A stretch of 64,000 nt of DNA from Acidimicrobiaceae bacterium (GTDB taxonomy: Bacteria; Actinomycetota; Acidimicrobiia; Acidimicrobiales; JACDCH01). How positions within the stretch are numbered: the stretch's first letter is position 1; every line of letters starts with the position of its first letter. Below the pieces are notes generated by a model that did no database searches, was not told the origin of the DNA, and was given only the letters and a program-made list of their open reading frames with translations. Positions 46,471 to 56,700 of the stretch are shown in pieces. Both the position numbers and the translations under genes were made by a program. Where the stretch lies: the NCBI GenBank assembly GCA_041166745.1, contig JBEEGH010000034.1:9032-73031 (forward strand), read 5' to 3'.

Positions 46471-49035
46471 ATGCTCAAGGTCACCCTGCGAGGCCTGATC
46501 GCCCACAAGACCCGATTCGTCTCGACGTTTCTCGCCGTGTTCCTCGGCGTCGCGTTCCTCGCGGGCACGCTGGTGCTGACTGACACGATCAAGACGAGCT
46601 TCGACGATTTGTTCGGCGACGTCTACCGCGGCACGGATGCCTACGTACGGAGCACCCAGAAGGTCACCGGTGACGATTCCGCCGACCTACGGAAGCGGAT
46701 CGACGACTCACTCGTCCAGACGGTGAAGAACGTTGACGGTGTCGCGGATGCAGCGGGCGACATCACGGCCGACAACACCCAGGTCGTCGGGTCGGATGGC
46801 AAGGCCATTGGCAACCCAGGGCAAGGCGCGCCGACCTTCGGCGGCGCGTGGTCGGACAACGCCGCGCTGAACCCGTTCCATGTGGACGACGGCCGTGCCC
46901 CCACCGCCGACGACGAGGTCGTGATCGACAAGTCGAGCGCGACGAAGGGACATCTCAAGGCCGGAGACACGATTTCGATCGTCTTGCCGACGGCGACAGC
47001 GCCTCAACAGTTCCATCTCGTCGGCATCGTGAAATTCGGCACCGCGGACAGTCCCCTCGGCGCGAGCTACGCACTCTTCACGCTCTCCACTGCGGAGCGC
47101 GTACTGACGCAGCCCGGAAAGATCGATGCCGTCAGAGTCGAGGCGGCGCCAGGTGTGTCGCAGCAGGAGCTCGCGACGCGTATCCAGGCCGTGCTGCCTG
47201 CGGAGACGGAGGCCTTGACCGGCGAGCAGATCACCAAGGAACAACAGAACGAAATCGAGAAGAACATCAGCTTCATCTCGATCTTCTTCACGGCGTTCGC
47301 GGTCGTCGCGATCGTGGTTGGCGGCTTCGTCATCTACAACACGTTCTCGATCATCGTCGCCCAGCGCTCGCGTGAGATGGCGTTGCTGCGAGCGATCGGG
47401 GCGGCCAGGCGTCAGGTGCTGACGTCGGTGGTGCTCGAGGCCCTCGTGGTCGGCATCTTCGCATCGGTCCTCGGCATCGTGGGCGGCCTCGGGGTGGGCG
47501 GTGGGCTCAAGGCGTTGTTCTCCGCGATCGGATTCGACCTTCCGGCAACGGGCCTGGTGCTGCGCAGCTCGACGATCGTCGCCGGCATGGTCGTGGGTCT
47601 GACCGTCACGCTGGCCGCGGCGATCTTCCCCGCGGTGAAGGCATCACGGGTTCCGCCGATCGCCGCGCTCCGCGACGTCGCGGTCGAGAGGTCGCCGCTC
47701 AAGCGGAGCCGCATCATCACCGGCTCCGCTCTCACCGCTCTTGGCGTGTTCAACGTCGTGCGCGGCACGATCGGCAGTGGGTCCGGCGGAGCGTTGGGGT
47801 TGGGAGTCGTCGGCACATTGATCGGCACGGTGGTGCTCGGCCCCGTCGTGGCCAAGCCGGTGAGCCGCGTCGTCGGGTGGCCGCTCCCGAAGGTGAAGGG
47901 GATGACGGGCTCGCTCGCCCGAGAGAATGCGATGCGCAACCCCCGTCGTACAGCGGCCACGGCGAACGCGCTTCTGATCGGCGTCGGCATCGTGAGCCTG
48001 ATCACCGTCCTCTACGGTTCACTGCGCACGTCGATCGACAACCAGATCTCCGAAGCGTTCACCGGTGACGTCACGATCACCACCGGAGGGTTCGGTCGAG
48101 GCGGTGTGAGCCCGACGCTGGCACAGGAGTTGAACCAGCTTCCCGAGGTCGAGGCGGCGGCCCCGCTCGAGATCGGACTCTCCGGTCAGGGCGACAACAG
48201 CACCGTGGTCACCGGTGTCGACCCCGCGACGTTCGCGAAGGTGATCGACGTGCAGGTGACCGCGGGCGACATCTCTGCTCTCGGCACCGACGGCGTCGCC
48301 GTGCTCGACACGCAGGACATCAAGGGGACGAACGGCGCAACGGTGCACCCGAAGCTCGGCGACAACTACGTGATGATGTTCGTCGAGACCGGCGCGAAGA
48401 CGTTCACGGTCCGAGCGCTGTTTCATCGGAGCACGGTGACCAGCGATGTACTCATCAGCACCCAGGCGCTCGAAGCCAACCAGCCGAACACGCTCGACGC
48501 CTTCATCTTCGTGAAGTTCAAGCCGGGTGTTCCGTTCGAGCAAGGCCGAACCGCGGTCGAGCAAGCAGCCAAGCCGTACCCGACCGCCAAGGTGCAGGAT
48601 CTCCACGAGCTCAAGCAGACGTTCGAGTCGCGTATCGCCGCGCTGTTCGGGCTGATCTTGATCATGCTTGCCCTCGCGATCGTGATCGCCCTCCTCGGAA
48701 TCGCCAACACGTTGCGGTTGTCGGTGTACGAGCGCACCCGTGAGCTCGGTCTCCTACGAGCGGTGGGCATGACGCGCGCTCAGGTGCGGTCGTCGATCCG
48801 GTGGGAGTCGGCGATCATCTCGTTGTTCGGGACGCTCGGCGGACTCGTGCTCGGGTTCTTCTTCGGGTGGGCGGTGGTCGTCGGCACCGGCGGGTCAGAC
48901 ATCACCTTCGCTCCGCCGGTGTCGTTGTTGGTCGTCATCCTCGTGGTGGGAGCACTCGCGGGTGTGATCGCCGCGATCCGTCCCGCCCGCAAAGCCGCCA
49001 AGCTCGACGTCCTCCAGGCGATCGCGACCGAATAG
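46471..49035 (+). CDS. FtsX-like ABC permease (two FtsX domains)
   Basis: NTFSIIVAQR.RE.ALLRAIGA; ERTRELGLLRAVG. Confidence 0.93.
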   Translation: MLKVTLRGLIAHKTRFVSTFLAVFLGVAFLAGTLVLTDTIKTSFDDLFGDVYRGTDAYVRSTQKVTGDDSADLRKRIDDSLVQTVKNVDGVADAAGDITADNTQVVGSDGKAIGNPGQGAPTFGGAWSDNAALNPFHVDDGRAPTADDEVVIDKSSATKGHLKAGDTISIVLPTATAPQQFHLVGIVKFGTADSPLGASYALFTLSTAERVLTQPGKIDAVRVEAAPGVSQQELATRIQAVLPAETEALTGEQITKEQQNEIEKNISFISIFFTAFAVVAIVVGGFVIYNTFSIIVAQRSREMALLRAIGAARRQVLTSVVLEALVVGIFASVLGIVGGLGVGGGLKALFSAIGFDLPATGLVLRSSTIVAGMVVGLTVTLAAAIFPAVKASRVPPIAALRDVAVERSPLKRSRIITGSALTALGVFNVVRGTIGSGSGGALGLGVVGTLIGTVVLGPVVAKPVSRVVGWPLPKVKGMTGSLARENAMRNPRRTAATANALLIGVGIVSLITVLYGSLRTSIDNQISEAFTGDVTITTGGFGRGGVSPTLAQELNQLPEVEAAAPLEIGLSGQGDNSTVVTGVDPATFAKVIDVQVTAGDISALGTDGVAVLDTQDIKGTNGATVHPKLGDNYVMMFVETGAKTFTVRALFHRSTVTSDVLISTQALEANQPNTLDAFIFVKFKPGVPFEQGRTAVEQAAKPYPTAKVQDLHELKQTFESRIAALFGLILIMLALAIVIALLGIANTLRLSVYERTRELGLLRAVGMTRAQVRSSIRWESAIISLFGTLGGLVLGFFFGWAVVVGTGGSDITFAPPVSLLVVILVVGALAGVIAAIRPARKAAKLDVLQAIATE

Positions 49036-49037
49036 CG

Positions 49038-49466
49038 ATGCCGGCGGGATACTCCGGGACGCCGCTGGCGACGAAGCTGGGCATCAAGGAAGGCCACACG
49101 GTCGCGCTGTTGGGCGCGCCGAAGGGATTCGCCGGCGAGCTCGAGGGATTGCCCGACGGAGTGACGGTCAGAAGCGCCGCCCGCGGCACGAACGACGTGA
49201 TCGTCTCCTTCCACACCGAGCGCGCTGATCTCGAGAAGCGGGTTCCGAAGCTGCTCGACGCGCTCGACGTGAACGGCGGGCTGTGGATCGCGTGGCCGAA
49301 GAAGGCGAGCAAGGTGCCGACCGACATCACCGAGGACACGGTCCGCGAAGTCTTCCTTCCGCTGGGGCTCGTCGACAACAAGGTGTGCGCGATCGACGAC
49401 GTGTGGTCGGGCCTCCGCGTGGTGTGGCGGAAGGAGAACCGCCCCAAATCAGCGCAGGTCGCGTAG
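49038..49466 (+). CDS. DUF3052 family protein
   Basis: AGYSGTPL..KLGIK, W.AWPKK, LVDNKVCA.D..WSG. Confidence 0.85.
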   Translation: MPAGYSGTPLATKLGIKEGHTVALLGAPKGFAGELEGLPDGVTVRSAARGTNDVIVSFHTERADLEKRVPKLLDALDVNGGLWIAWPKKASKVPTDITEDTVREVFLPLGLVDNKVCAIDDVWSGLRVVWRKENRPKSAQVA

Positions 49467-50240
49467 CAGGACTTCTTGGCTGACGGTGGCGAGATGGACG
49501 CCTTCGGTGTCGAAGACGTGGCCGACACTCAGGCCGCGCGAGCTCATGAGTCCGTGGCACGTGAAGTCCTGCAGCTGCCAGTCGGCGGCGAGTACCGGCC
49601 GGTGAAACCAGATCGCATGATCGACCGACGCGCTGAAGAACGGGAAGTCCATGTCCCACTCGCCGGCTTTGCGCTCGGGATAGAGGAGCGCGACCACCGC
49701 GTCGGTCGGTAGATCGTCGGACATGTATGCCAGCGCGCACGCATGCAGCGCTGGGTCGTCGCCGACCTCGTCCGTCATGCGCAGCCAGCCGACGGCGCGG
49801 CCGTTCTCGACTCGATCGCGGACGAACCTGCGCTCGAACATACCCATCCACGCCTGCCCCTCGAGCTCATCGGGTGAGGGCACGGGCGGCGGCTCGGCGA
49901 TCTGCTTGTCCGGCGCGGGCTCGTCGATCTGGAAGCTGGCCGACATGTTGAAGATCGCACCGATCGACTGGCGGGCGACGACCGAGCGGGTCACGAACGA
50001 GCGGCCGTTGCGGATGCGATCGATCTCGAAGCGGATCGGCTCCTCGTGGTCGCCGCGACGAATGAAGTACGCGTGCAGGGAGTGCACTCGGTACTGCGGC
50101 TCGACCGTGAGCTGCGCCGCCCGCAACGCCTGGGCCACGATCTGTCCGCCGTACAGCCCGCCCCAGGGGTACTTGGGCCCGATACCGACGAAGGTGTCAG
50201 GACCGTGGGGCTCGAGGTGCATCATCGTGGCGAAGTCCAT
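49449..50240 (-). CDS. tesB: Acyl-CoA thioesterase II
   Basis: YGGQIVAQAL, HSLHAYF, SVDHAIWFH, SQE. Confidence 0.88.
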   Translation of the reverse strand: MDFATMMHLEPHGPDTFVGIGPKYPWGGLYGGQIVAQALRAAQLTVEPQYRVHSLHAYFIRRGDHEEPIRFEIDRIRNGRSFVTRSVVARQSIGAIFNMSASFQIDEPAPDKQIAEPPPVPSPDELEGQAWMGMFERRFVRDRVENGRAVGWLRMTDEVGDDPALHACALAYMSDDLPTDAVVALLYPERKAGEWDMDFPFFSASVDHAIWFHRPVLAADWQLQDFTCHGLMSSRGLSVGHVFDTEGVHLATVSQEVLLRDLR

Positions 50241-50344
50241 GCGGTGCGCAGTCTGGGATGTCGACGCTCGCGCGGCAAACTGAGCGCTTCTCCGGAGCAA
50301 ATGTGGCGTATGACGCCGCAGATCCTCCTCTAAGGAGTTTTTGG

Positions 50345-51775
50345 GTGCTGTTCGCAGAGTTGGTGGCCACTTCGACGACGATGACGTCGACGTCGTCGCG
50401 CTCCGCGAAGGTGGCGGCGCTGGCGGACCTGATCCGACGGTTGGCGCCCGACGAGATCGCCATCGCGGTGAGCGTCCTCACGGGCGCGCCACCGCAGGGG
50501 AAAATCGGTGTCGGCTGGCGCTCGGCCTTCGCGGTCGAGGTCGAGCCCGCAGTCGCGCCCACATTGACCATCCTCGACGTGAATGCCGCGTTCGATGCGC
50601 TCGCCGCGACGACGGGCACGGGGTCGGGCGCCGCCCGGACGGCGTTGTTGACCGACCTGTTCTCGCGCGCGACGCACGACGAGGGCGAGTTCCTCCGGCG
50701 CCTGCTCGTCGGCGAGCTCCGGCAGGGCGCGCTCGCCGGCGTGATGACCGACGCGGTCGCCCGCGCCGCCGGTGTACCGCTGGCCGCCGTACGTCGTGCC
50801 GCGATGTTCGCGGGCGATCTCCCGACCGCGGCCGTGGCCGCGCTGACCGAAGGAGCCGACGCGCTGGCGGCGTTCGGATTGCAGCCGCTGCAGCCGGTGC
50901 AGCCGATGCTGGCGGCGTCGAGCCCGTCCGCGGCCGAAGCCGTCGCGCTGTTCGAGCAATCGTCCGTCGAGTGGAAGCTCGACGGAATACGGCTCCAGGT
51001 GCATCGCCTCGACGACGACGTGCGGCTCTTCACGCGCAACCTGAACGATGTGACCGAGCATCTGCCGGACGTCGTCGCGGTGATCCGGACGCTGCCGGCG
51101 AGCGAGTTCATCCTCGACGGCGAAGCGGTGGGCGGCCACGTGCGGTTCTTCGACTGCCTCACGCTCGACGGCGAAACGCTCGTCGACCGGCCGTTGCTCG
51201 AGCGGCTCGCCGCCCTCGAACGCGTTGCCGGCCGCTGGCGGATTCCCGGCATCGTCACGACCGACGGTTCCGAGGCCGAGCGTTTCCTCGACGAGGCCAT
51301 CGCCGCGGGTCACGAAGGTGTGATGGTGAAGGACGCGTCGTCGCCTTATGAGGCCGGACGGCGTGGCGCATCGTGGCGAAAGGTCAAGCCCGTGCGGACG
51401 CTGGATCTCGTCGTGCTGGCGGTCGAATGGGGCAGCGGACGCCGCACCGGGTGGCTCTCGAACATCCACCTCGGCGCGCGCGGACCTGACGGCGGGTTCT
51501 TGATGGTGGGCAAGACGTTCAAGGGCATGACCGACGAGATGCTGCGCTGGCAGACCGAGACGTTCCAGCAACTCAAGACCGAAGAGAAGGGCCACGTCGT
51601 GTTCGTGCGCCCCGAGATCGTGGTGGAGATTGCGCTCGACGGCGTGATGGAGTCGACGCGCTATCCGGGAGGCATCGGCCTTCGCTTCGCTCGCGTCAAG
51701 CGCTACCGAGACGACAAATCACCCGACGACGTCGACACCATCGACGCCGTGCGCGCACTGCTCCCGCGGCGGTGA
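50345..51775 (+). CDS. ligB: ATP-dependent DNA ligase
   Basis: EWKLDGIR, DGE, EGVMVK, GRRG..W.KVK, LRFAR; AAGGAG SD. Confidence 0.9.
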   Translation: MLFAELVATSTTMTSTSSRSAKVAALADLIRRLAPDEIAIAVSVLTGAPPQGKIGVGWRSAFAVEVEPAVAPTLTILDVNAAFDALAATTGTGSGAARTALLTDLFSRATHDEGEFLRRLLVGELRQGALAGVMTDAVARAAGVPLAAVRRAAMFAGDLPTAAVAALTEGADALAAFGLQPLQPVQPMLAASSPSAAEAVALFEQSSVEWKLDGIRLQVHRLDDDVRLFTRNLNDVTEHLPDVVAVIRTLPASEFILDGEAVGGHVRFFDCLTLDGETLVDRPLLERLAALERVAGRWRIPGIVTTDGSEAERFLDEAIAAGHEGVMVKDASSPYEAGRRGASWRKVKPVRTLDLVVLAVEWGSGRRTGWLSNIHLGARGPDGGFLMVGKTFKGMTDEMLRWQTETFQQLKTEEKGHVVFVRPEIVVEIALDGVMESTRYPGGIGLRFARVKRYRDDKSPDDVDTIDAVRALLPRR

Positions 51776-52999
51776 GTCTGGCCTGATGATCAGTCGGGGG
51801 CCGCGGTCCCAGGTCACGTAGTTCCACGCCCAGTTGAGGAACACCGACAAGCGGTTGCGGAACCCGACGAGCGTCACGAGGTGGAGTGCGAGCCATGCCA
51901 TCCAGGCTGGCGTGCCGGACAAGCGAACATGCAACGGGAGCTCGGCGACCGCGGCCCGCCTCCCGATCGTGGCCATCGTTCCCTTGTTGCGATAGCGGAA
52001 CGCCTTGCGCTGGCCCCGCACGATCTCGCGGGCCGCGTATCGCCCCGATTGGATCGCCACTTGCGCAACCATCGGGAGCAACTCATCGCCCTGGCCGCTG
52101 ATGGCGGCGACGTCGCCGATCGCGAAGGCGTTGTCGTGGCCCTCGATCTGCAGATGCGGGCCGACGACGATGCGGCCGGCACGGCCGGTGGCGACACCGA
52201 GCGCGTCGGCCAAGGGGTTGGCCCGCACCCCGGCGGCCCACACGAGGGTGTGCGACGCGATGCTCTCGCCTGACTCGAACGTGACGCGCGTCGGCGTGAC
52301 CTTCGTGACGGCTTCGCCGGTGCGGACCTCGACCCCCATGCCAGTGAGGCGCTCGCGAGCATGGCGCTGCGAGGGTGTCGAGAACGGCTGCAGAAGCACA
52401 TCGGCCATCTCGACGAGCACGATGCGCGCTTTGGTGAGGTCGAGCGTTCGGAAGTCCTTACGCAAGACCATCGCGAAGAGCTCGGACAATGCGCCGGCGA
52501 CCTCGACGCCCGTCGGGCCGCCGCCGACGACGACGAAGCAGAGCGCGCCGTCGTCGACCAATGACGCATCGGCGTCGGCCGCCTCGAAACGCTCCAGCAC
52601 GTGATTGCGCAGCGCGATGGCATCGGTGAGCACATACAGCGGGAAGCCGTGCTCCGCGGCGCCGTCGATGCCGAAGTACGCCGCGGTCGCACCCGCGGCC
52701 ACAACGAGGTGATCGAATCGCAAGGTGCCGTCGTCGAGCTCGAGCGTGTTCGCGCCCCAGTCGACGCCGGTGACTTCGGCTTGCCGGAACGACACGTTGT
52801 GCTGACGTTGGAAGATGCCGCGCACGGCGTACGCGACATCGGCGGCATTCAAGCCGGCGGTGGCCACTTGATAGAGCAGCGGTTGGAACGTGTGGTAGTT
52901 GTGCCGATCGACGATCGTGACGTGCACCGGCGCACCGGCCAGCTCTTTGGCGGCGGCGAGGCCACCGAACCCTGCGCCGATGATGACTACCTCTGACAC
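51719..52999 (-). CDS. ndh: Type II NADH dehydrogenase
   Basis: GAGFGG, FQPLLYQVAT, GGGPTGVE.AG, KGTMATIGR. Confidence 0.9.
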   Translation of the reverse strand: MSEVVIIGAGFGGLAAAKELAGAPVHVTIVDRHNYHTFQPLLYQVATAGLNAADVAYAVRGIFQRQHNVSFRQAEVTGVDWGANTLELDDGTLRFDHLVVAAGATAAYFGIDGAAEHGFPLYVLTDAIALRNHVLERFEAADADASLVDDGALCFVVVGGGPTGVEVAGALSELFAMVLRKDFRTLDLTKARIVLVEMADVLLQPFSTPSQRHARERLTGMGVEVRTGEAVTKVTPTRVTFESGESIASHTLVWAAGVRANPLADALGVATGRAGRIVVGPHLQIEGHDNAFAIGDVAAISGQGDELLPMVAQVAIQSGRYAAREIVRGQRKAFRYRNKGTMATIGRRAAVAELPLHVRLSGTPAWMAWLALHLVTLVGFRNRLSVFLNWAWNYVTWDRGPRLIIRPDSPPREQCAHGVDGVDVVG

Positions 53000-53733
53000 G
53001 TCGGACACCAGTACGTCGTGCGGGCCTGCTCGCCTTGGCGTTGTGCGCGGATCGGCGTACCGCACCGGCGGCAGGGCCGCCCGGCCCGTCCGTAGACGTT
53101 GCTCGGACGGGCGGCACCACGCATGCTCGCGCGCAACAACTTCGATGCTGTCGCGATGAGTGCCCGCTTCGTATCGCGGTCGACGTCCGCCGCAGAGCGA
53201 AACGGGTCGACACCACAGACGAACAGCGTCTCGTTCTTCCAGATGTTGCCGATGCCGGATGCGACTCGCTGGTCGAGGAGCACCACCCCGATCTCCGCAT
53301 CGGTCATCCGATCGACGGCGCGCTCGACGTCGTCATCTGTCACGTCGAGCGAAGTGAGATCAGGGCCGAGGTGGGCGATGCTTGCATTGGCCGCCAAACC
53401 GCTCTCGAGCTCGACGACCGGCGCAGAAAAGCACACTGCCGTCCATCCTTCGACGTCGATGACCGCTCGCGCCAGATGCGCCGGCTTCTTCCAGCGCTCG
53501 CCGGTGCGATACAGGTGCCACGAGCCGGTCATGCGCATGTGGGTGCGCAGCGTGATGCCGCCACCAAACCGGATGAGGAGATGCTTCCCCACCGCTTCGA
53601 CCGCCTCGATCGTGGTGCCTGGCCTCGGGCGCTTGCCGACCGCCCGAGGTACGTCGAACCGGATCAGGGACTGACCGACGAGCGCGGGCCGCAACCGATT
53701 GGCCGTGCGATGGATCGTGTCGCCCTCGGGCAC
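52987..53733 (-). CDS. nei: Fpg/Nei family DNA glycosylase (Nei2-like)
   Basis: MPEGD, GKHL, H2TH SGIGN, C-terminal zinc finger. Confidence 0.93.
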   Translation of the reverse strand: MPEGDTIHRTANRLRPALVGQSLIRFDVPRAVGKRPRPGTTIEAVEAVGKHLLIRFGGGITLRTHMRMTGSWHLYRTGERWKKPAHLARAVIDVEGWTAVCFSAPVVELESGLAANASIAHLGPDLTSLDVTDDDVERAVDRMTDAEIGVVLLDQRVASGIGNIWKNETLFVCGVDPFRSAADVDRDTKRALIATASKLLRASMRGAARPSNVYGRAGRPCRRCGTPIRAQRQGEQARTTYWCPTCQR

Positions 53734-53742
53734 AGGAGGCGC

Positions 53743-56700
53743 CTAGCTGCGCGGCGCTCGGTTCACGAGCCCCTTGTACCCATCGACGAAGCCCGCCTGC
53801 CGTAGTTGTTCGGCGGCGGCCTCGACCTCGCGGACGGGCTCGCCGTTGACCTTGCGGATCTCGAGCGTGCGGTAGCGCCCGCGCTCGACGAGCTGGTGCA
53901 GTGCGGAGGCCCAGCCGTCGACCTGGAACGTGACCAGGCTGTGGCCACCACGCTCGAGGTACGCCGCGAGCTGTCCGTCGATCAGCACGACGTGCGCGCC
54001 GGCGGCACGCGCGGGGCGTCCGCCCGATTCCGGCCACGGCAAGGCCGCGCCGTACGGCTGCGCCGGATCGGTGGCCGCGAGCACGAGCATGGAGTCGCCG
54101 GACTCTCGATGCGAGCGGAGGCGGTCGACGGCGCCGGGCATTGCGAACTGTGCGGCACCCAATCCGGCGACGAAGTAGCCCCGGCGCACTCGCCCGCGTT
54201 CCTCGAGTGCCTTCAGGACGGGATAGACGCCGGCGAAGCCGCCTTCGAGGCCCTCGCCGAGCGCGGCTTCGCGCGTCAACACGCCGTAGCGCTCGAGCAA
54301 CTGCGACGCGCGGGCGTGGGCGGCCTCGGTGGATGACGGGCGCGGCGCCAGCAGCGGAGCGACGAGAGACCACCGGCCGGACCCTGCGGGCGGGCCGAGC
54401 CGCGCGAGGCGGCCGGGACGGGGCCGTCCGGTGGCGCGGCGCGCGGGGCGAGCACGCACGTGAGCCCGCAGCGGTGCCAACGAATCGTTCGTGACGAGAC
54501 CGGCCCACACGAGATCCCACAGCGAAGTGAGGACCTCGCCGTCGTCGTAGCGCAGCCCCGCGGCGCCGATGGCCTGTACCAGCTCGGGCCAAAATGACGC
54601 GCCCCGCGCTTCGAGGTGCGCGAGCAACGCCTGATGCCCGGGACCGAGATCGATCTCGGTCGCTGACGGAACGAGCAGCGGGGCCTGATCGCGGAACACC
54701 ACTCGGATGCGTCCGTCGGACGATCCGATGGCGCCCGCACCGACCCACACCACCTCGCCTGACGTGCACAAGAGATCGAGATCTGAAGCGCGGTATTCGG
54801 CGAGGCGGGCGGGCAGCACATCAGCTTCGAGCACAGAGGCGGGGATCGCCGCGCCCGACAGCACACCGAGCACGTCCACTACACCGTCGATGCCATGCCG
54901 ATTGGATCCGACGCCCTGCCACGCGGGCAGGAACCGCGCGAGGGCGACGCCATCGACCGGCTCGACCTCCCGCCGCAACACGGCGAGCGAGCGCCGCCGC
55001 AACTGACGGAGCACGTCGTCGTCACACCACTCGCGCTCGACTCCGTCGGGCCGGAACTCGCCGCGTACGACGCGCCCTTCGCGTTCGAGTTTCTCGAGCG
55101 ACGGCTGCACCCGATCGGCGCCGACGCCCAGATGGGCGGCAACGTGCGCGGTGAGGAACGGTCCGTGGGTCCGCGCGAATCGGGCGACCAGATCGAGCAT
55201 CGGCTCGTCGACCGATTCGGTGAACGCACCCGGCAGGCCGATCGGCAGCGCGACGCCGAGCGCATCGCGCAAGCGGGCTGCATCTTCCGCCGCGGCGAAT
55301 CGAGTCTCGCCCGCGATCGACACCGCGATGGCCCGACGCTCGCTCACGAGTTGCTCGGCCCACGGAGAAGGGTCGGAGACCGAACGGGCGTCGAGGTCGA
55401 CCGCGGTCATCGGGCCGAGCACGCGCAGCAGGTCGTGCAGCTCATCCGCATCGCGGGCTCGCCGGCCGTCGACCAGGTGCTGCAGCTCGAGCTCGAGGTC
55501 GGCCAGCGCGCCGGGGTCGAGCAGGTCGCGGAGCTCCTCGGCGCCGAGGAGATCGCGCAGCAGATCGCGGTCCAACGACAATGCCGCCGCCCGGCGTTCG
55601 GCGATCGGCGAATCGCCTTCGTACATGTAGGCCGCGATCCACGAGAACACGAGCGACTGCGCGAACGGAGAGGCGCTCTGTGTGTCGACCGGTACGACCC
55701 GGATCGCGCGCGACCGCAGCTCGGCCAGCACCGTGCGCAACGCGGGAACGTCGAACACGTCGTTGATGCACTCGCGCGTGGCCTCGAGCAAGATCGGGAA
55801 GGTCGGGTGGTTGGCGGCCACGGACAACAGATCGGCCGCCTTCTGGCGCTGTTGCCACAACGGTGTGCGCTTGTCGGGACGGCGACGGGGAAGGAGCAGT
55901 GCGCGGGCCGCGCATTCACGGAAGCGTGACGCGAACATTGCCGTGTTCGGCAGCTGGCTGATCACGAGATCGTCGATCTCTTCCGGATCGATCAAGAGGT
56001 CGGCGATCGGGAGCTCGTCGATCGCCTCCGGCAGGCGCACCACGATGCCGTCGTCGCTCCACAACAACTCGACGTCGATCCCCCACCGTTCGGACAGCCG
56101 CGCCTGCAGTGCCATCGCCCAAGGGGCGTGCACCTGCGCGCCAAAGGGCGACAGGATGCACACGCGCCAATCGCCGATCTCGTCGCGGAAGCGCTCGACG
56201 ACGATCGTGCGGTCGTCGGGCACCGCGCCGGTGGCCTCGGCCTGCTCGTCGAGGTACTGCACGAGGTTGGTCGCCGCCCGCGGATCGAGGCCGAACTCGT
56301 CGTGGAGTCGCTGCACTGCGGGCGCGCCCCATCCGCGCACGTTGCGAACGAACTCCCCGACGGCGCGCCCGAGCTCGAGCGGCCGGCCCGGGCCGTCGCC
56401 GTGCCAGAACGGCATCTTCCCCGGCATCCCCGGTGCCGGCGTGACGATCACCCGCTCGTACGTGATGTCTTCGATGCGCCACGTCGACGCGCCGAGCAGG
56501 AACGTCTCCCCCGGCCGTGACTCGTACACCATCTCCTCGTCGAGCTCGCCCACGCGAGTGCCGTCGGGGAGGAACACGCCGAACAACCCACGATCGGGGA
56601 TCGTGCCGCCGCTCGTGACGGCAAGCCGCTGCGCGCCAGCGCGGCCGCGCACGATGCCGTTGACGCGATCCCACACGATGCGCGGTCGCAGCTCGGCGAA